DNA of 50,075 nt from Basidiobolus meristosporus CBS 931.73 (Eukaryota; Fungi; Basidiobolomycota): contig MCFE01000646.1 of assembly GCA_002104905.1 (NCBI GenBank), forward strand, positions 1 to 50,075, written 5' to 3'. Position numbers and translations under genes: made by a program. Positions 9,587 through 22,561 of this stretch are shown piece after piece. The notes beneath the pieces are model-generated. The model saw nothing but the letters and a program-made list of their open reading frames with translations, made no database searches and was not told the origin of the DNA. How positions within the stretch are numbered: position 1 is the stretch's first letter; the number at the start of each line of letters is the position of its first letter.

Positions 9587-11235
9587 TGCGACATTGTAGC
9601 ATTTTCTGTCGGGCCATTAGTCATTTCTATTATTAGGCATTTTCCCTGCCGTACTGTATTCTTCATCTCCATTGCACTGTTGGTACAACCAACTCGGAAT
9701 AGCACCCAAACTTCACTCAAATATCAAGGTCGATTTAAGCGAATTTCTTGTTGCAACCAAACTCACACTAGAATTCGTAAGCATGGGCTCTTTAGTGCTC
9801 TAGTCAGCCAATGTTTGATGATACATTCAGGATTGAGCAAAGGGTTTTGCTATCATTCAAACATAGCTGGCTAGGAGTCACCAGGATATATAGCTAAGCC
9901 CAAACGAGCCATATTTGGAATGAGAGAAATTAGTAGGCGGCAATACGCAACACAATCTCGATATCTGGGATTGAGAGCTTTAGGCATTGCCACCGTTTCG
10001 ACATTTCGTAGTTTGGAGGTTCACTAGTTGTATGAGGTGCTTATCAATTGTTGAAAATGGGGTTCATATGCATACAGTTTACATCTGCCGTTCCGTAAAC
10101 GAAAGCCCAGGATATGGTCGAAATGGCAATATAGAAACTTCAAAGCTAGCCAAACATCCTCGAGCATTTCTAAGCTTTTCTATAGCATATCTCCATTTGT
10201 ATATTTACATTTACGAATTTGTGCGATTATGCCTGCTTTTTGGTCAACATGTTGTCACATGGACTCTTCCCCAATTCCGGAAGTTTAAAATTAAACTCGG
10301 TGGTGCGACTCTTTCACTGTTAGTCACACCTTTGCTAAATCTTGTAACTTAATGCTCTGGCTTTTGTTACTTCCTTACCTCCCTCACCCTCATACCCATC
10401 CAATCAATCTTTATTGGTGTTATTTCCATCGTTTATTCTTTGCATCTGACCTGTTGTGAAGTCACTAGCGGTTCTGATTCTCCGGAAAACTCACCCTACT
10501 CTTGGACTTACTCATCTTAAGCACTTGGGAACTTCTCTGCTACAGATACATACACGACCTTGACGTTATTGTGGTGTGTCCAGTATTAAGGTTGAATCGC
10601 AGCTGAAAGACTTTCGTGTGCATCGGATAGCGGACGAAAAGGTAGCATTGCATATCCCGCTGAACCTGTGTATAATTTCGAGATGCATATGACGATAGTT
10701 GGAGTTTTTACCAAAGATACAACAAAAAGACGCCTATTGGAGCTTGCACTCATCATGACATGCCTGGTTTAACTTCCATTGTGAAGTCTCAACTAGATAC
10801 AAATTTACCCTGTGCTTGATGGGCCAGGGTAACTCAGTAATTGCGGAGATCCTGAAACACTCACAGTTCGGTCATTATATGGACACATATGGTACTGCTG
10901 TAGCATAGTGCGTTGCATATACATTGGTTGGCACAGGTGCAATAAGCATCAATTACTAATACATCTCTCTACACCATTATCCTTTTCAACTGGTCTGTGT
11001 TTTGAGCGGGGATCCATAGGAAAGCACAGGCCGTTGCGCAATAACCAGGGCTTCACCGCTCAATGGGATCCAACATAATAAAATGATATTTGATTGACCA
11101 TCTGAATACCCTCTCAGGAGCATTACTCCCTCCGCAAATACCCTTTGATGTCACTGATCGAGTTTCGTGGGTCGATGATGCCTGCATATAAGTCCACATC
11201 TCTCCCGGTTACCAACACCTTACTCAAACATCAAT

Positions 11236-12365
11236 ATGACCATACAAAATCACACGTTAGGATCGAACAATGGAGAACAATTCCCTGACCTTGAACTTGG
11301 CACATACGAGGCTGTCCTAACCGCGCTGGATGTGGGCTACCGCCATTTTGATTGTGCTTGCGTTTACAAAAATCAGAAAAGATTGGGGAAGCTTTTGCGA
11401 TGACTACCGTACCTCGCAATAAATATTACGTCACGAGCAAATTGTATGTTTGCACTGGTTTCAATCTCCCCCACTTACTCGGCATTTAATATGAATGCTA
11501 TCTAGATGGAACAACTGTTACCGCCCTGAAGATGTTGGACCTGCTTTAGAGGCCACATTGGCTGAACTGAAGCGGAACTACTTGGATCTGTATCTAATGC
11601 ACGCTGGTACTCAATTTGTAATACTTCCTAAGTACAGTAGGTAACTCCTTTTTAGTGGCCGCAAGCGTTCAAATCCGGTAACGAAGAGTTTCCGATGGAT
11701 GCCCAAGGCAGAGTTATTTCTGAGGATGTCAGCTTTGTGGACACCTGGAAAGCCATGGAGAAACTGGTTGAAGCCTAGAAAGTGAAAGGTAAGCAATCTC
11801 CGTTTTTGCCCCGCCTTTTTCATGACTGATTTTCGACTGCGTGGGGCAAACTAGTGATTGGCGTTTCTAACTTCAACACCCCATACCTTCAAGAGATTCT
11901 TGACAACTGCAAGACCGTGCCTGCTGTCAACCAGGTGGAATTGCATCTATATCTTCTACGGGAAAAGCTATTGCAGTTCAGCAAGAAACATAATAACATT
12001 ATCACCGCTTACTCTCCTCTGGGTGGGCCTCGATCTCCGGGAGTAACGGATGAACCGTTGGTAAGCCATTGCTTGAGATGCCCATACCGCCACACCGAGC
12101 ATTAACCAGATCGCCTTAGATCCGAGAGATCGCCAAAAGATTGCATAAATCTCCAGCTCAAGTACTGCTCTCCTGGGGTGTTCGGCGTGGGACCGTAGTG
12201 GTCCCCAAATCAGCCAACCCTGCACGAATTAAAGCTAACCTCGAGCTATTCGAGTTGTCAAAAGAAGATTTCGAAGCCATTAATGAGCTTAGCAGGAAGA
12301 AGATCCGCTATTGTTTTCCAGAAAAGCTGTGGTCAGGGGTGGCTGCGTGCTTTGAGGATGATTAG
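11236..12365 (+). pseudogene. Aldo-keto reductase (AKR1/Gcy1-like) pseudogene, 5 exons
   Basis: Motifs [62 protein letters not shown]. Lesions: -1 frameshift near 11377-11381, in-frame TAG at 11776-11778, GC donor at 11603, and an apparent short deletion after GTY. Confidence 0.88.
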
Positions 12366-13396
12366 CCAAATACGGAATAATCAGACAATATTTTTATGCA
12401 GCAATTTAATGTGATGATGGCGGCCACAATAAACAGAGCACACCCCAATGGATCTCCGTCGATGACAGATGCTCTCTGTCCACCACATTTGGTTCCAACG
12501 TTGAGGACGACATCACCTACCTATCAGGCAGCTCTAAGCTATCTGACTACGGGGGAAAATTGTGCAGAGCCCAGCAAAGACTTGGCAAGCAACTTGATGG
12601 GGGGGGGGGGTAGAACACACTGGCAGAGGATATCAAGATGTGTGGCATGGTACAAGTCATGATCCCGTGACCGACGTGATAACTCGGATTTTTTGAGGCA
12701 GCTGATAGAACGCATCTAAAATCCTCTGATTCTGGGCCGAAGAAGCTAATAAGCGCCTGCTACGCTTGTGGTGATAATCAACGCCCCTCAACTCCCAACG
12801 TCAATATTAAATTGATGTGAGCTTGTTACCAAGCAATACCTAGTCCAAATGGCGGCTCCTAATTAGGCAATGATTCTAAATTGGGGACTGTTTAGATTGG
12901 ACAGGTGAGCCAACAAAACTTTTTGATCTAAATATGTAGATCAATGTAGGCATCACCTCCAACCTAGTCACTAGCAACTACCACATTTCCAGTCATGCGT
13001 CACCAAATATTTGTAGAATTTGCGAATATGCCTACTTCCAGCACTGGTAAAGTGACAACCGTACCAAGTGGCGCTTCCTCATTGATTGCAATTTATTCAT
13101 TTTTGAATAGTGTAGCAATTGTAAATATCCACCAATAATGGTGCAGTCCTATATTGCTGTTGATGTCCTTGACGTCTTAAATTTCAGTGAATACCTGCAA
13201 GTACTTACACGTCGCTTCCCCTTCTCACTACCTTTATTTCCTCCCTATTCCTTAATATCTGGTTCTGGTGAGTATGGTTTCGTATTGGATCTTCTGTGGC
13301 TTCCAAAGAGTGGTTACCACCATCAAGGTGCCTTTTCTTTTGGGTCGTCATTAACGTTGCATTGTATATCCTTTTGTGTTTCTTAGTATCCTAGAC

Positions 13397-15367
13397 ATGG
13401 CTAATAAGCGAAGTAACAGAAGCCGTAAATCTGGCTCCAAAAACAAAGCAAACCAAGTTGCGGACGCCAACCGTGATTTATCAGAGGCCGATCTTGTGCG
13501 TTTGTATAATGCCATTTCCCAGCGTAACCCTGTGAAGCTGAGGATGTTCTGCAATATTAAACAAATCAAGCAAGCCTATGTTGAATACGTTGGAAACTGC
13601 TCCGTATCGGTTCACAATACCTCCATTGATGCCCCTTTCTGGGTAGACGTATTCTCTATGGACTATGGTTCTGGCAACTCTTCTAGCGATATCTTTGTAA
13701 TGGAGCAAGCCAACTACAACGCCCATAAAGAGAATGATAAAGAGGTGACTACTATATTCCCTGGTCCTGAATATTTCACTGCCCAGGAGGTCATGTATGA
13801 TACTTTCCATAAGGGCACTCCAACCGAGCGTATCGCGGGTGCTGTTAAAGCGCTCTCTACCTCCGATCTATGTATTGATGCCCGGGTGACATTAGCCAGT
13901 TGTAAGTCTGATGGGGAATTGGAAGAACAGCTGGCTCTTCTTAATGAGGCTATTGACAAGGGTAGAGAAGTTCTCAAAGGTTTAAATACCAGCGTTGACA
14001 ATACATTAGGGGAAGACTTCGTATCTCATTGGGAGACAAACATGGGTCGCTTCGGTACTTGGATCTTCTCTCGTCCTTATTTGCGTGCGCTGTACGCAAA
14101 GGCCAAGTGTTTGCTAAAGATCCGTCGCCAACAGCCTGTTGATAGCGAAAAGCGGGCTGAATACGAAAAACTGGCAAACGAGGTGATAGATGAGATGCTG
14201 CTGTGTGACACCGAAGATAAGTTTGGTGCACGATTCCTGAAGCTGAAGTTGCTCCTTGATGTTCAAAACTTCCAAGGCGCTCAAAATCTGCTGGATAGCA
14301 AATTTGGCCCTAAAGATGAGCAAGAGATTGATGACTTGTTCCTTGCTTTTATCTACACAAGAGTGCTGGTCTCGTTCCATCTCAACGGCCCCGATGCCGA
14401 AGAGACTGATGAATTATTGAAGAAGGCTTTGGAGCGTGATCCCGAACGTAATGTCACTCGTCTTCTAATCGGCGAAATCCTTGGCCGCGAACAATACAAA
14501 CTCACCATGGAACTTGGCACCATAGATGAATCGTCAGAATATGTATATGAATATGGGCGTTACTGGTGGTCAGCCGACGGCAAACTCCCTTGGGGCTTCA
14601 GTACAAATCCTCAAGAGAGCTCCAAAGGAAAGGAAGTGCCGGAGATCAACGAGGACCAGCCATCCCCGATCGACTGGTTATGTGAGAAACTTGGTTTGCA
14701 ATTGCAGAGTAATGACGACCCCTTAGGTTTCTGGATTGCCCGTGTTTCTTACAATATCGGGGATCATGAGCATGCCACCACTCTGTTCCGCTCATTCATC
14801 AACAAGATCTTCGAAAAAGCCGAAGGCGATATCGAAAAAATCCCGACCCCCGAATTAGTCATGATTTTCGAGGCTCTCCTGGGCTACTTCTGTATTCATG
14901 ATAAGCAAACCCGCAACCGTGGCCAGTTTGAGCTACCCACTAGCCAGCCGCCAGAAGAGTCAGACACAGAAAAGTCGGACGAGAGCGTAGACAAAAACCC
15001 GGACGACAATGCCAAATCTATCGCCACCATTCAGTGGCCTCTTGACTCTGTCCCCAGCCGCCTCAAACTTATCACCACATCTCTTCTCCAGCTCTTCCAG
15101 GTCGTTCTTCATCACCTTGAACACCGTTCTGACGCACCCAAGGGAGCCGAATCTCTGTATGCTAGGCAAACTGCCTCACTTGGCTGGTGCCTGGTTAGAT
15201 GGCATTGGCAAATCCAGAACATCGAAGGCTGTTTTGCACAAGCGCGCGAGGTGGTCAAGATCGCCAAAAATATTCCAAAGGAATCCTGGTTAAGAGTGCG
15301 CGCCGAAGGTATGCTGCGATTTGTCATCCAAGAGAAATTGGCTGCCTCCCAATCAATTCAAGCCTGA
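13397..15367 (+). CDS. Intronless TPR-like protein of the ST7-like / bacterial TPR family
   Basis: Open frame of about 656 codons. Segments AQEVMYD...RIAGAVKALSTSDLCIDARVTLA, SRPYLRA, DTEDKFGARF and YTRVLVSF...LKKALERDP match the recalled family pattern AQxxxYxAW...ALxxxPxCxDAYxxLA...RPYMRA...PNDNQGxRY...YxxALxxF. Confidence 0.75.
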   Translation: MANKRSNRSRKSGSKNKANQVADANRDLSEADLVRLYNAISQRNPVKLRMFCNIKQIKQAYVEYVGNCSVSVHNTSIDAPFWVDVFSMDYGSGNSSSDIFVMEQANYNAHKENDKEVTTIFPGPEYFTAQEVMYDTFHKGTPTERIAGAVKALSTSDLCIDARVTLASCKSDGELEEQLALLNEAIDKGREVLKGLNTSVDNTLGEDFVSHWETNMGRFGTWIFSRPYLRALYAKAKCLLKIRRQQPVDSEKRAEYEKLANEVIDEMLLCDTEDKFGARFLKLKLLLDVQNFQGAQNLLDSKFGPKDEQEIDDLFLAFIYTRVLVSFHLNGPDAEETDELLKKALERDPERNVTRLLIGEILGREQYKLTMELGTIDESSEYVYEYGRYWWSADGKLPWGFSTNPQESSKGKEVPEINEDQPSPIDWLCEKLGLQLQSNDDPLGFWIARVSYNIGDHEHATTLFRSFINKIFEKAEGDIEKIPTPELVMIFEALLGYFCIHDKQTRNRGQFELPTSQPPEESDTEKSDESVDKNPDDNAKSIATIQWPLDSVPSRLKLITTSLLQLFQVVLHHLEHRSDAPKGAESLYARQTASLGWCLVRWHWQIQNIEGCFAQAREVVKIAKNIPKESWLRVRAEGMLRFVIQEKLAASQSIQA

Positions 15368-15685
15368 TCTAGCTGGCCCGGGACGCTGGCGACATCATGA
15401 GAGCCTAATTTGCGCTCCGCATCGATAGTCAAGTATGCCCATTATCCAAACTATACTCAATGTTTGGATACTCTGCCCGTTCCTACTTCTTCTGTACGGA
15501 CACACCTTGTAGTCTCGCGTCACGTTCATCTGACCCCCTCCTCTCTGTCCCTAGCTAGGATCGCTGTGGTATATAATAAACTGTAGTACGTCTGGCAAGA
15601 TTTACAATGGCTTTATACTCATACTTGGGATTCTATTACATACAAGTCTATCTATATACGTTTCTACAACAAACACTGGGCAGCC

Positions 15686-17068
15686 CTAGCCCATGGATTC
15701 GTTGATGTACCTCTTTAATACCTTCGACATTATGCCTGTGAAGAACTTTGCCTCCGGCCCAGACTGTAACGGATCTACTATTGCACAGACCTGGGTGAAG
15801 ATTTGGTGAATGTTGGCGAGGGTTGAATCCACCTCCCCACCGCAGAGCCAAGTCTTTAAAATCGAGGATTCTGGAACCGATAGAGCGCTTAATGATCTTA
15901 AAATCTGGGTGATGCTGGCAGAGTGCGATGACAGTGCCTTCAGCTTGGTCGTGGAGTCGTGCTGGTTAAGCAAAAGATTTAAAAGTGACATCCGGGGAAG
16001 TGCGAAGAATACCGTGGGGTCACACTCTTTAACAGCGTCGCAACTAATGAGCTTCGCTTCGACCATATCGACCAGCGTACTACACATCAAGTCAACCCAC
16101 AGACTCCACTCCCTCATCTCCTCTCTGTCTTTTTCGCGTGAAAGACGTTCGTTTATGTTGAAGTATGTGTTGCAAATGGCCCGCTCGAACTCTACCCATG
16201 CCTGATCAAAATCCATCAACACTGGGAAAAGCCCCACTAAAGAAATGCTGTTGGGATACTCAGCGAGCCTATGGTGGAACACATAGCGTAGAGCTTCGAG
16301 TGTTGCGCAAAGCCTCTGTGCAGGCCCATGGAGCTCCTCGGTGTAGTGCTCGATTCCTCTTATCTGGAAGCCTCTAGAAAGAGCCTGAGCGGCGAAGAGA
16401 ATGGTTTCGGAAAACCCTTGGCTAAGTTCCTCCCTATCCTCGCTCTGCAGGAATCGTCGATACCCCCGTGAACATTTCAGCACTGAGTCCATTTCGCTGT
16501 AGACGAGGTGGATTGCATTTAACAACTCGGCCTGGTGCCGATGCACCTGGGTGATTATTCTTCCAGAGTCATCAGGCCCCAGCTCGTGGATATTCCCTAG
16601 CAGTCTGATCGAATTGGCAAGCTGCAGCTCTGGACGGGCAAAGTTAGCTGGGATGTTAATTGCGAGGAATTCTAGAGAATACATACCGGCTTGACAAAAC
16701 GGAGACAATGGATGGCTCTGCTTGACGCTATTGTGTGGTAGGATCTTCGACATTTGCCATTTCTGAAAGATCTGAGTTACAACTGCTAGATTCTGAAAGC
16801 CCAAGGAATATCCAGGGCGGTGTAAGGATTGGTCAATGGTCATCATTCCATGGGCAGAATCTGCGACGGCGGTCATTGATCTGTATTCTATGTGGTAACC
16901 GAGGAGATTATTGAAGAGAGGGATTGGCGCAAGGCAGGTACTTTATACAGGCCATGAATCTACACCTTCTGGATGAGAGATGCGCATTATAGTCAGGAGG
17001 GCATCATGATGATCTTTGTACAGACGGTAGAGTGAATCGGCCAAGTAGCGACGCATCCTACTCCCCAT
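15686..17068 (-). CDS. LST2/ZFYVE28 N-terminal-domain protein lacking a FYVE finger (2 exons: 17068-16966, 16887-15686)
   Basis: ILFAAQALSRG, DFDQAWVEFE and ECDPTVFFALPRMSLL align with LST2 LWFGAECLAAG, HFDVLFAEFE and DYEPALMFSIPRLAIV. A 78-nt GT-AG intron (16888-16965) joins MGSRMRRYLAD... in frame. Confidence 0.78.
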
Positions 17069-19077
17069 CCACCCCTCAATTTCAGGGAGTCTTGCATATC
17101 ATTCGGAAGTCAACCATTACTATGTCTGCCTGTCATCATGCCTAACTTAGTAGTGGCTTTCATCCTGGACTGTTCCTTGTAGAAGACCACCTTGACACCA
17201 GATAATGCAAGTGCCGCGGATTGACCTTGCAGAGCGGCTCCTGACTACACGCTAGTAGCAAATGTGCCACTCCTGATCTGAAGTCCCCCAGGGTTGAGAT
17301 TGGAGAATGCATGGCCACTGATGCTTAGAGAGGTCCAATCACTTACTCCATGGATTATGAATTAATGCGGGTATAACCGGATGTGCTGTGCGCAAGTTGT
17401 TGTGAGAGAAACCCTATCCACTCGCCCACTCATGTTTCACGTGTCTTTGCACAGGATTTTGTACTATAGGCTTCCCAGGAAGTAATTAGTTTGGGGTGGA
17501 GTTTTTCGGGGACTTGTGTTTCCCCAGCCATCTTTTTATTGGCAACGTGTAGACCATAATTAGTACAAACCGTTGCTGCTATCATACCTTACAGAAAAAC
17601 AAGGCTTGCAGTCGCTTCAAGCCAAAAGCTTTCCGCAATTCCCTAACGTTGATACTTGGTTGTTTCATACTTCATACGGAGAACTCGGTGCCGTTTCTTC
17701 GAACCTTCCACCATTCTTTGCTCAAGCTTTACCTCAAGGCAGACCGTTCCTTTAGCCACATATTTCAATTCCCAGTAACCTTGGCAGTTTCGCAGGATAA
17801 AATACCCCTGATACTACAAGCATGTCGTTGATCAAACAAATCTTAGAGATAGTTAGGTCTTTCCGCAATAGAACAACCATTTTTGCCAATTCCAACAGTC
17901 CAGCTGAAAATGGGGTTGCCTTATGGATAGGCACGAGACGCCGTGACGGAACACAGAGATTTTATCTATTACAAACAAGGTATATGCGTTTTACCACCAA
18001 AGCTTTCAGAATCTTTCATTCAATTGTTACACATCTCCAGAAAGCAACGATCCCTTGAAAAAACCTAGCTGTCGTCGATCTGCTTGGCGCCAGACTAGTT
18101 CGCTGTAGTTGCGGGGATGGTTTTCGGCTGCCAGCTCATGTCGGTAGGAGGAATTATCCTCCTTGATTCATCCGTTGTCAGATATCTAGGACAACATCTA
18201 ACTCATAATTGCATTCTTCTTCCATTCATTAAGCTTTCAGTCTGTGTACAAAATTTCTTCCCCTCATCCTTTTTGAAATAACACTCATTTCAACTCAACG
18301 CTCACTGTTGAGCTTACGTTATGGTGTATTTTGGGTGAAACCATATGCATTTATATAGGTTCCAGCACAGGCTCTTTATACCCTTTTGTTGGTTCGACAT
18401 GGGCACACTGCAGGTGCTGATGTTGACTCAAGTGCTCGTATAGCTCATGTGACATGATATAGCAGTGTCAAAAACGCAAACGATTAAGGAAAAACGATTA
18501 GCCGAAACTGAGTTACGAGTGAACTATTTTAGTAACTATTCCCAACATACCTCTTCTGTGCCCCTTGTATTTCCAGCCAGGATATGTGCAAGTATCATGT
18601 GACGAGTATTACACAACAGACGATTAGACTCTGACATTGTAATACAACACCACGGCAACGATACCAGGGCGATCTCTTCGCTGAGGTCAAAGTGGTATGT
18701 CGAGACTATATTTGAAATTACTATTACTTATAGCAACTCTATCATTGAGTATCAGTAGCCGCGTAAATCAAACCAACCCATCAAGTAATTAGAACAAGCA
18801 CCACCAAGGTAGATAAGGTGTATCTAACTTGATATCAAACCAACCATGGAATAATTGCTTCCGCCTATTCGCTCACCCGTCGTGGTCTATACAAGCTCAA
18901 GTCAAGTATACAGCCATCCCAAGCACTTGCGTTGATGTGCATTATACTTCATTGACAAATTGTCTGTATTTATTTGACTTCACATTAATAGTGAGGAAGA
19001 ACAATTACAACACAATAGTACAATTACGAAAGGGGAAAGAGAGTCGAACGAGTAGAGTGCTAACTAATCTGCCTCCT

Positions 19078-19776
19078 TCAAAGCGGAGTTTGAATGGATT
19101 TCTTGCTCCATCGCCCAGACATGAGTTTTCAGTTCGAGATGCTCGATATTCGCCGAATCCTTGTTAGAATAAAGCAGAACAATCGGGTCAATGAGGGAAT
19201 GTTCGAGAGATGCCAGAGATAATGTCTGCTTACATAAAGTTTACGCAATTCCCGCCGAGCCTTATCGACCTGCTCCTTTTTGACTATGTTGTCTTTCAAC
19301 ACAATCAGTTCCTGATCCAAGTCCTCTATTTTCTTCGCGTGCTCTTTTACCTAGAAGTGCATGGAACGATCAATATGGAAGATCGATTGTAAAAGAACGA
19401 CTGAAAACCTGGTTATTCTATTACTTGGCTGGTGGAGGCTTGAAGCTCTTCAACTGCGCCCAATAGCTTTGTTGAGGCAATCTGATATTCCTCTAATAAG
19501 CTGAAATAGCTCATGGTCCCAGCTGCGGAGGCACCTATCACGAAACCAATAATACTGAAAACCAGTGTTGGTTATAAAAACCTAAAGCAATAGAGACTTT
19601 GTGGGATTCAGAACCACATACCCTCCTCCGATTCCACCCATCCTCTTCTTCAAGACTTGGGCCTCGGTTGAACGTTCGGCAAAGCCCGTGTTTGTTTGGA
19701 GCTGTCTGGATGTCGTAGAAAACCCACGGCGAGCCAACGTAGAGCAAGCTCTCCAGCACATAGTAGTAGGCAACAT
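19078..19776 (-). CDS. Small fungal mitochondrial-type single-TM coiled-coil protein (4 exons)
   Basis: Spliced product has an R/S/T-rich presequence (RRGFSTTSRQLQ), then GGIGGGIIGFVIGASAAGTMSYFSLLEEY and a coiled coil ending LKTHVWAMEQEIHSNSA. Three GT-AG introns keep the frame open. Confidence 0.8.
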
Positions 19777-21507
19777 TATTAAGCTTTAACTCTTTTCTTT
19801 ATTATATCCAACGAATCAACCTTGACTATTTGTATAAAAAGAAACCAAAAGGCAGGTTAACCATATAGTTAGAATGGAGATTATCTCAAAACCGTCAATA
19901 TACAAACTAAAAAGGGATGCCAGGGACAGAGCCAGCAACTCACAAGACAAAAGGTTCAGTACCTAGAAAAAGGCCTTGTTTAAAATCTTGACTTCGTTCT
20001 CTTCAACTGGGTGAAACGGGAGAAAAAAATGAAGAAAGTGACGAGGGTTTCTGCAAGTAATATGTACGAGTAGCTTCCCAATGATAACCGAAATTGGCAA
20101 ACCCGAATCAATTTGGAGCATCAATATTGAAAATTCTGACACCTACAACGCCAATTAGCTAATGATGATATTGGGGAACCTGTGGAGTATATGGGGATAA
20201 CATCTCTTCTTGAGCTGTCCCCATTTTTACCCCGAAATTTCGGGGTTTGTTGGCCAGTTGGGTACTCGGATATGGGCACCTATATGCAGCGGCATGGAGA
20301 TTCTGCTGAACGCATTGCGGCTACGGGATCAAGTCATAGCACTCGAGAGGCCAGCATCGGATGGCAATCTACCATCAAATCATCTTTGAGACCACTTGCA
20401 AAAACGGCGCAGAAGTGATCTTCGAGAATGCGGAGCTATCCATAGCATGCGAAGAGTGAATCAGCAAGCATCCGGCTGTTGATCATATCCTTGGATATCG
20501 CGGTGTGCAGTCATTAGAAAATGTGTAACTGAGCTGAGCTCCAAAATAAGAAGCAGATGTCTTCATGTTCAGGCGGTTGGCATGTGCCGAAAAGAATAAT
20601 TCAATCCAATGATTAGCCTATACGCACAGGATAGCCGTCTTTGCCAACCATTGACTGTAAGCCTGGTCAAAGAAGGTAGATTTGAAATTTACCAGATTCC
20701 AATCTGGAGCATTTTCTTCACCCATGTTCAATAAATATGGGCATTTTCCGGCATATCGATATTATAAGCCATGCTTAATCCAAGCAAAGACCGCGATCCC
20801 AATATATCCTAAAATGATGGTCCCTAATGCTGGATCAGGGCGCCGAATAGACAGGGGTATAGCTGCGGCGGCTGATCAAATACTCCAGCTATTCTTTTGG
20901 CCATGAAGCGTTGATCTGGATCAAAAGTAGCGGCTAGAGAAGACTTTACCAGTTGCCCGTAAGCACCTGGCATCAGGAGAGACAGGCCAAGGGCTTCGCA
21001 TTTACTGATTGAAGGTCGAATCGCTAGAATCCGCTATTCATTTGAGAGGCCGCATGTCTGTAATCTAGGTGATTCCTTTTTCACATCGGTGATCCTATGG
21101 GAACAAATCAGTGGCAACTGATCAGCGAAAATGCCACTGCATATGATATATAATGATCTTCGAAAGTCCAACTACAGATAAGGGATCAGATGGAATCGTA
21201 TCACAACAGCTTGTGATCATCGAACCCTGGATTAACACTATTTTGGAAAAGTCGATAGTGACCTCGAGAACTTCAGCAAGTAGTGGTAGTAGTTGAGCCT
21301 AAACCCCAAGAATAAGCTTCGATCATTAAATCAAGTGCTGATAAAGTAACTCAAACCTACCATGTTGGTAGACTTCTAAAACGAATTCTCGGTCCCGGCT
21401 CAATTTTTTTGGCCTGCTGCTTATAAAAGCAACTGTCTGCGCTGCATTTTTCTATCCCTAAGTGCACCTCACTCGACCCATTTGTATTGTTGGAAGACAT
21501 CGGCAGT

Positions 21508-22561
21508 ATGGTTTCAACCATTAGCTTACAAAGTAGTAGTTCTTTTCTCGTGGATGACTTCGTTGAATCTTCTGACTCTTCCGTTTGCGCTTCTCCTATC
21601 ACCCCTTCCTCTGGGTATCAGTCAGATGTTTCAGAGGAGGGCGCAACCGCCAAGCCTGACAACGGAAGACAAACCGACGAGCCCAAATTTACATATGCGA
21701 CATTGATTGCCCAAGCTATCATGTCGACACCCGAGCAAAGGATGCTACTTCAAGATATCTATTCATACATAACCACCAAGTATGAATACTATCGCACTTG
21801 CAACAAGCAGTGGCAGGTATGTGTGTTTTTTAATCTATGTGGGAGTCCTGTAGCTCACTGACATTTGGTCACTGTAGAACTCTATTCGCCACAACCTCTC
21901 TCTCCATAAAGCTTTTTGTAAGCTACCTCGACAGAAGGGCACTCCTGGAAAAGGTAACTTCTGGACTCTGACCGATGAGTACAAAAAGTTCTACGTCGAT
22001 GATGAGTTGCACATCCCCAAGGGCTATGAACTAATCAAGGAGGGCGGCAAGAATAGAAGCAAAGGAAAGGTTACCAAGACATCTCTTCGTAACCAGGTTG
22101 CTCCTTACTGTAAGCCTATGGATGAGAACGTTTTACCCAGCCCACCACTGAGCAAAACCGATTTCATCAACAAATCGCCCACTCATTTGAGCACTCCAAA
22201 AGCCAATAGAGGTCTCCTCCCCACCCCTGACACCACTCCGAATGGCTATGGCTTTAGCCTCGACGACACACCCACCCCAGCCAGAATCAAAAGAATTGAT
22301 CTTTCAGAACTAGGAGAGGGTCAGCCTCTCCAACAGCAAACGCTGTTCCCTGATTTTGGGCTCTACAACCTTGATCTCTACCAGCAGCTATGCAACACCC
22401 CAACCATGGCAGCAAGCGTTTATCATAACATGCTATACAGTGCTTTGGCCGAAACCAAAGCGGCGCCATCTGATATGGGCATTGCGCCCGAGCTCCTGAT
22501 GGGCCCATACAACCAAGCCAACGACTCCTTCGATGTCGACAGCTTTTTGAATTTTGAGTGA
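21508..22561 (+). CDS. Forkhead-box transcription factor without FHA domain (exons 21508-21816, 21878-22561)
   Basis: [13 protein letters not shown]...IYSYI...WQ|[18 protein letters not shown]...GKGNFWTL, with a 61-nt GT-AG intron in the forkhead domain. Confidence 0.93.

Noticed and set aside
17130-17330. Minus-strand peptide GQSAALALSGVKVVFYK resembling pectinesterase QAVAL...FY
   Set aside because: Under 20 residues, interrupted by stops, and no downstream QDTL motif; could be chance.
17570-18170. Protein-like minus-strand frame, possible decayed F-box gene
   Set aside because: Stop density is about what random sequence gives, and no recognisable motif.
20130-21240. Possible decayed LRR gene on the minus strand, plus an 18-bp palindrome at 20229-20246
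   Set aside because: Frequent stops and only one LRR-like phrase; a single short palindrome without context is not informative.
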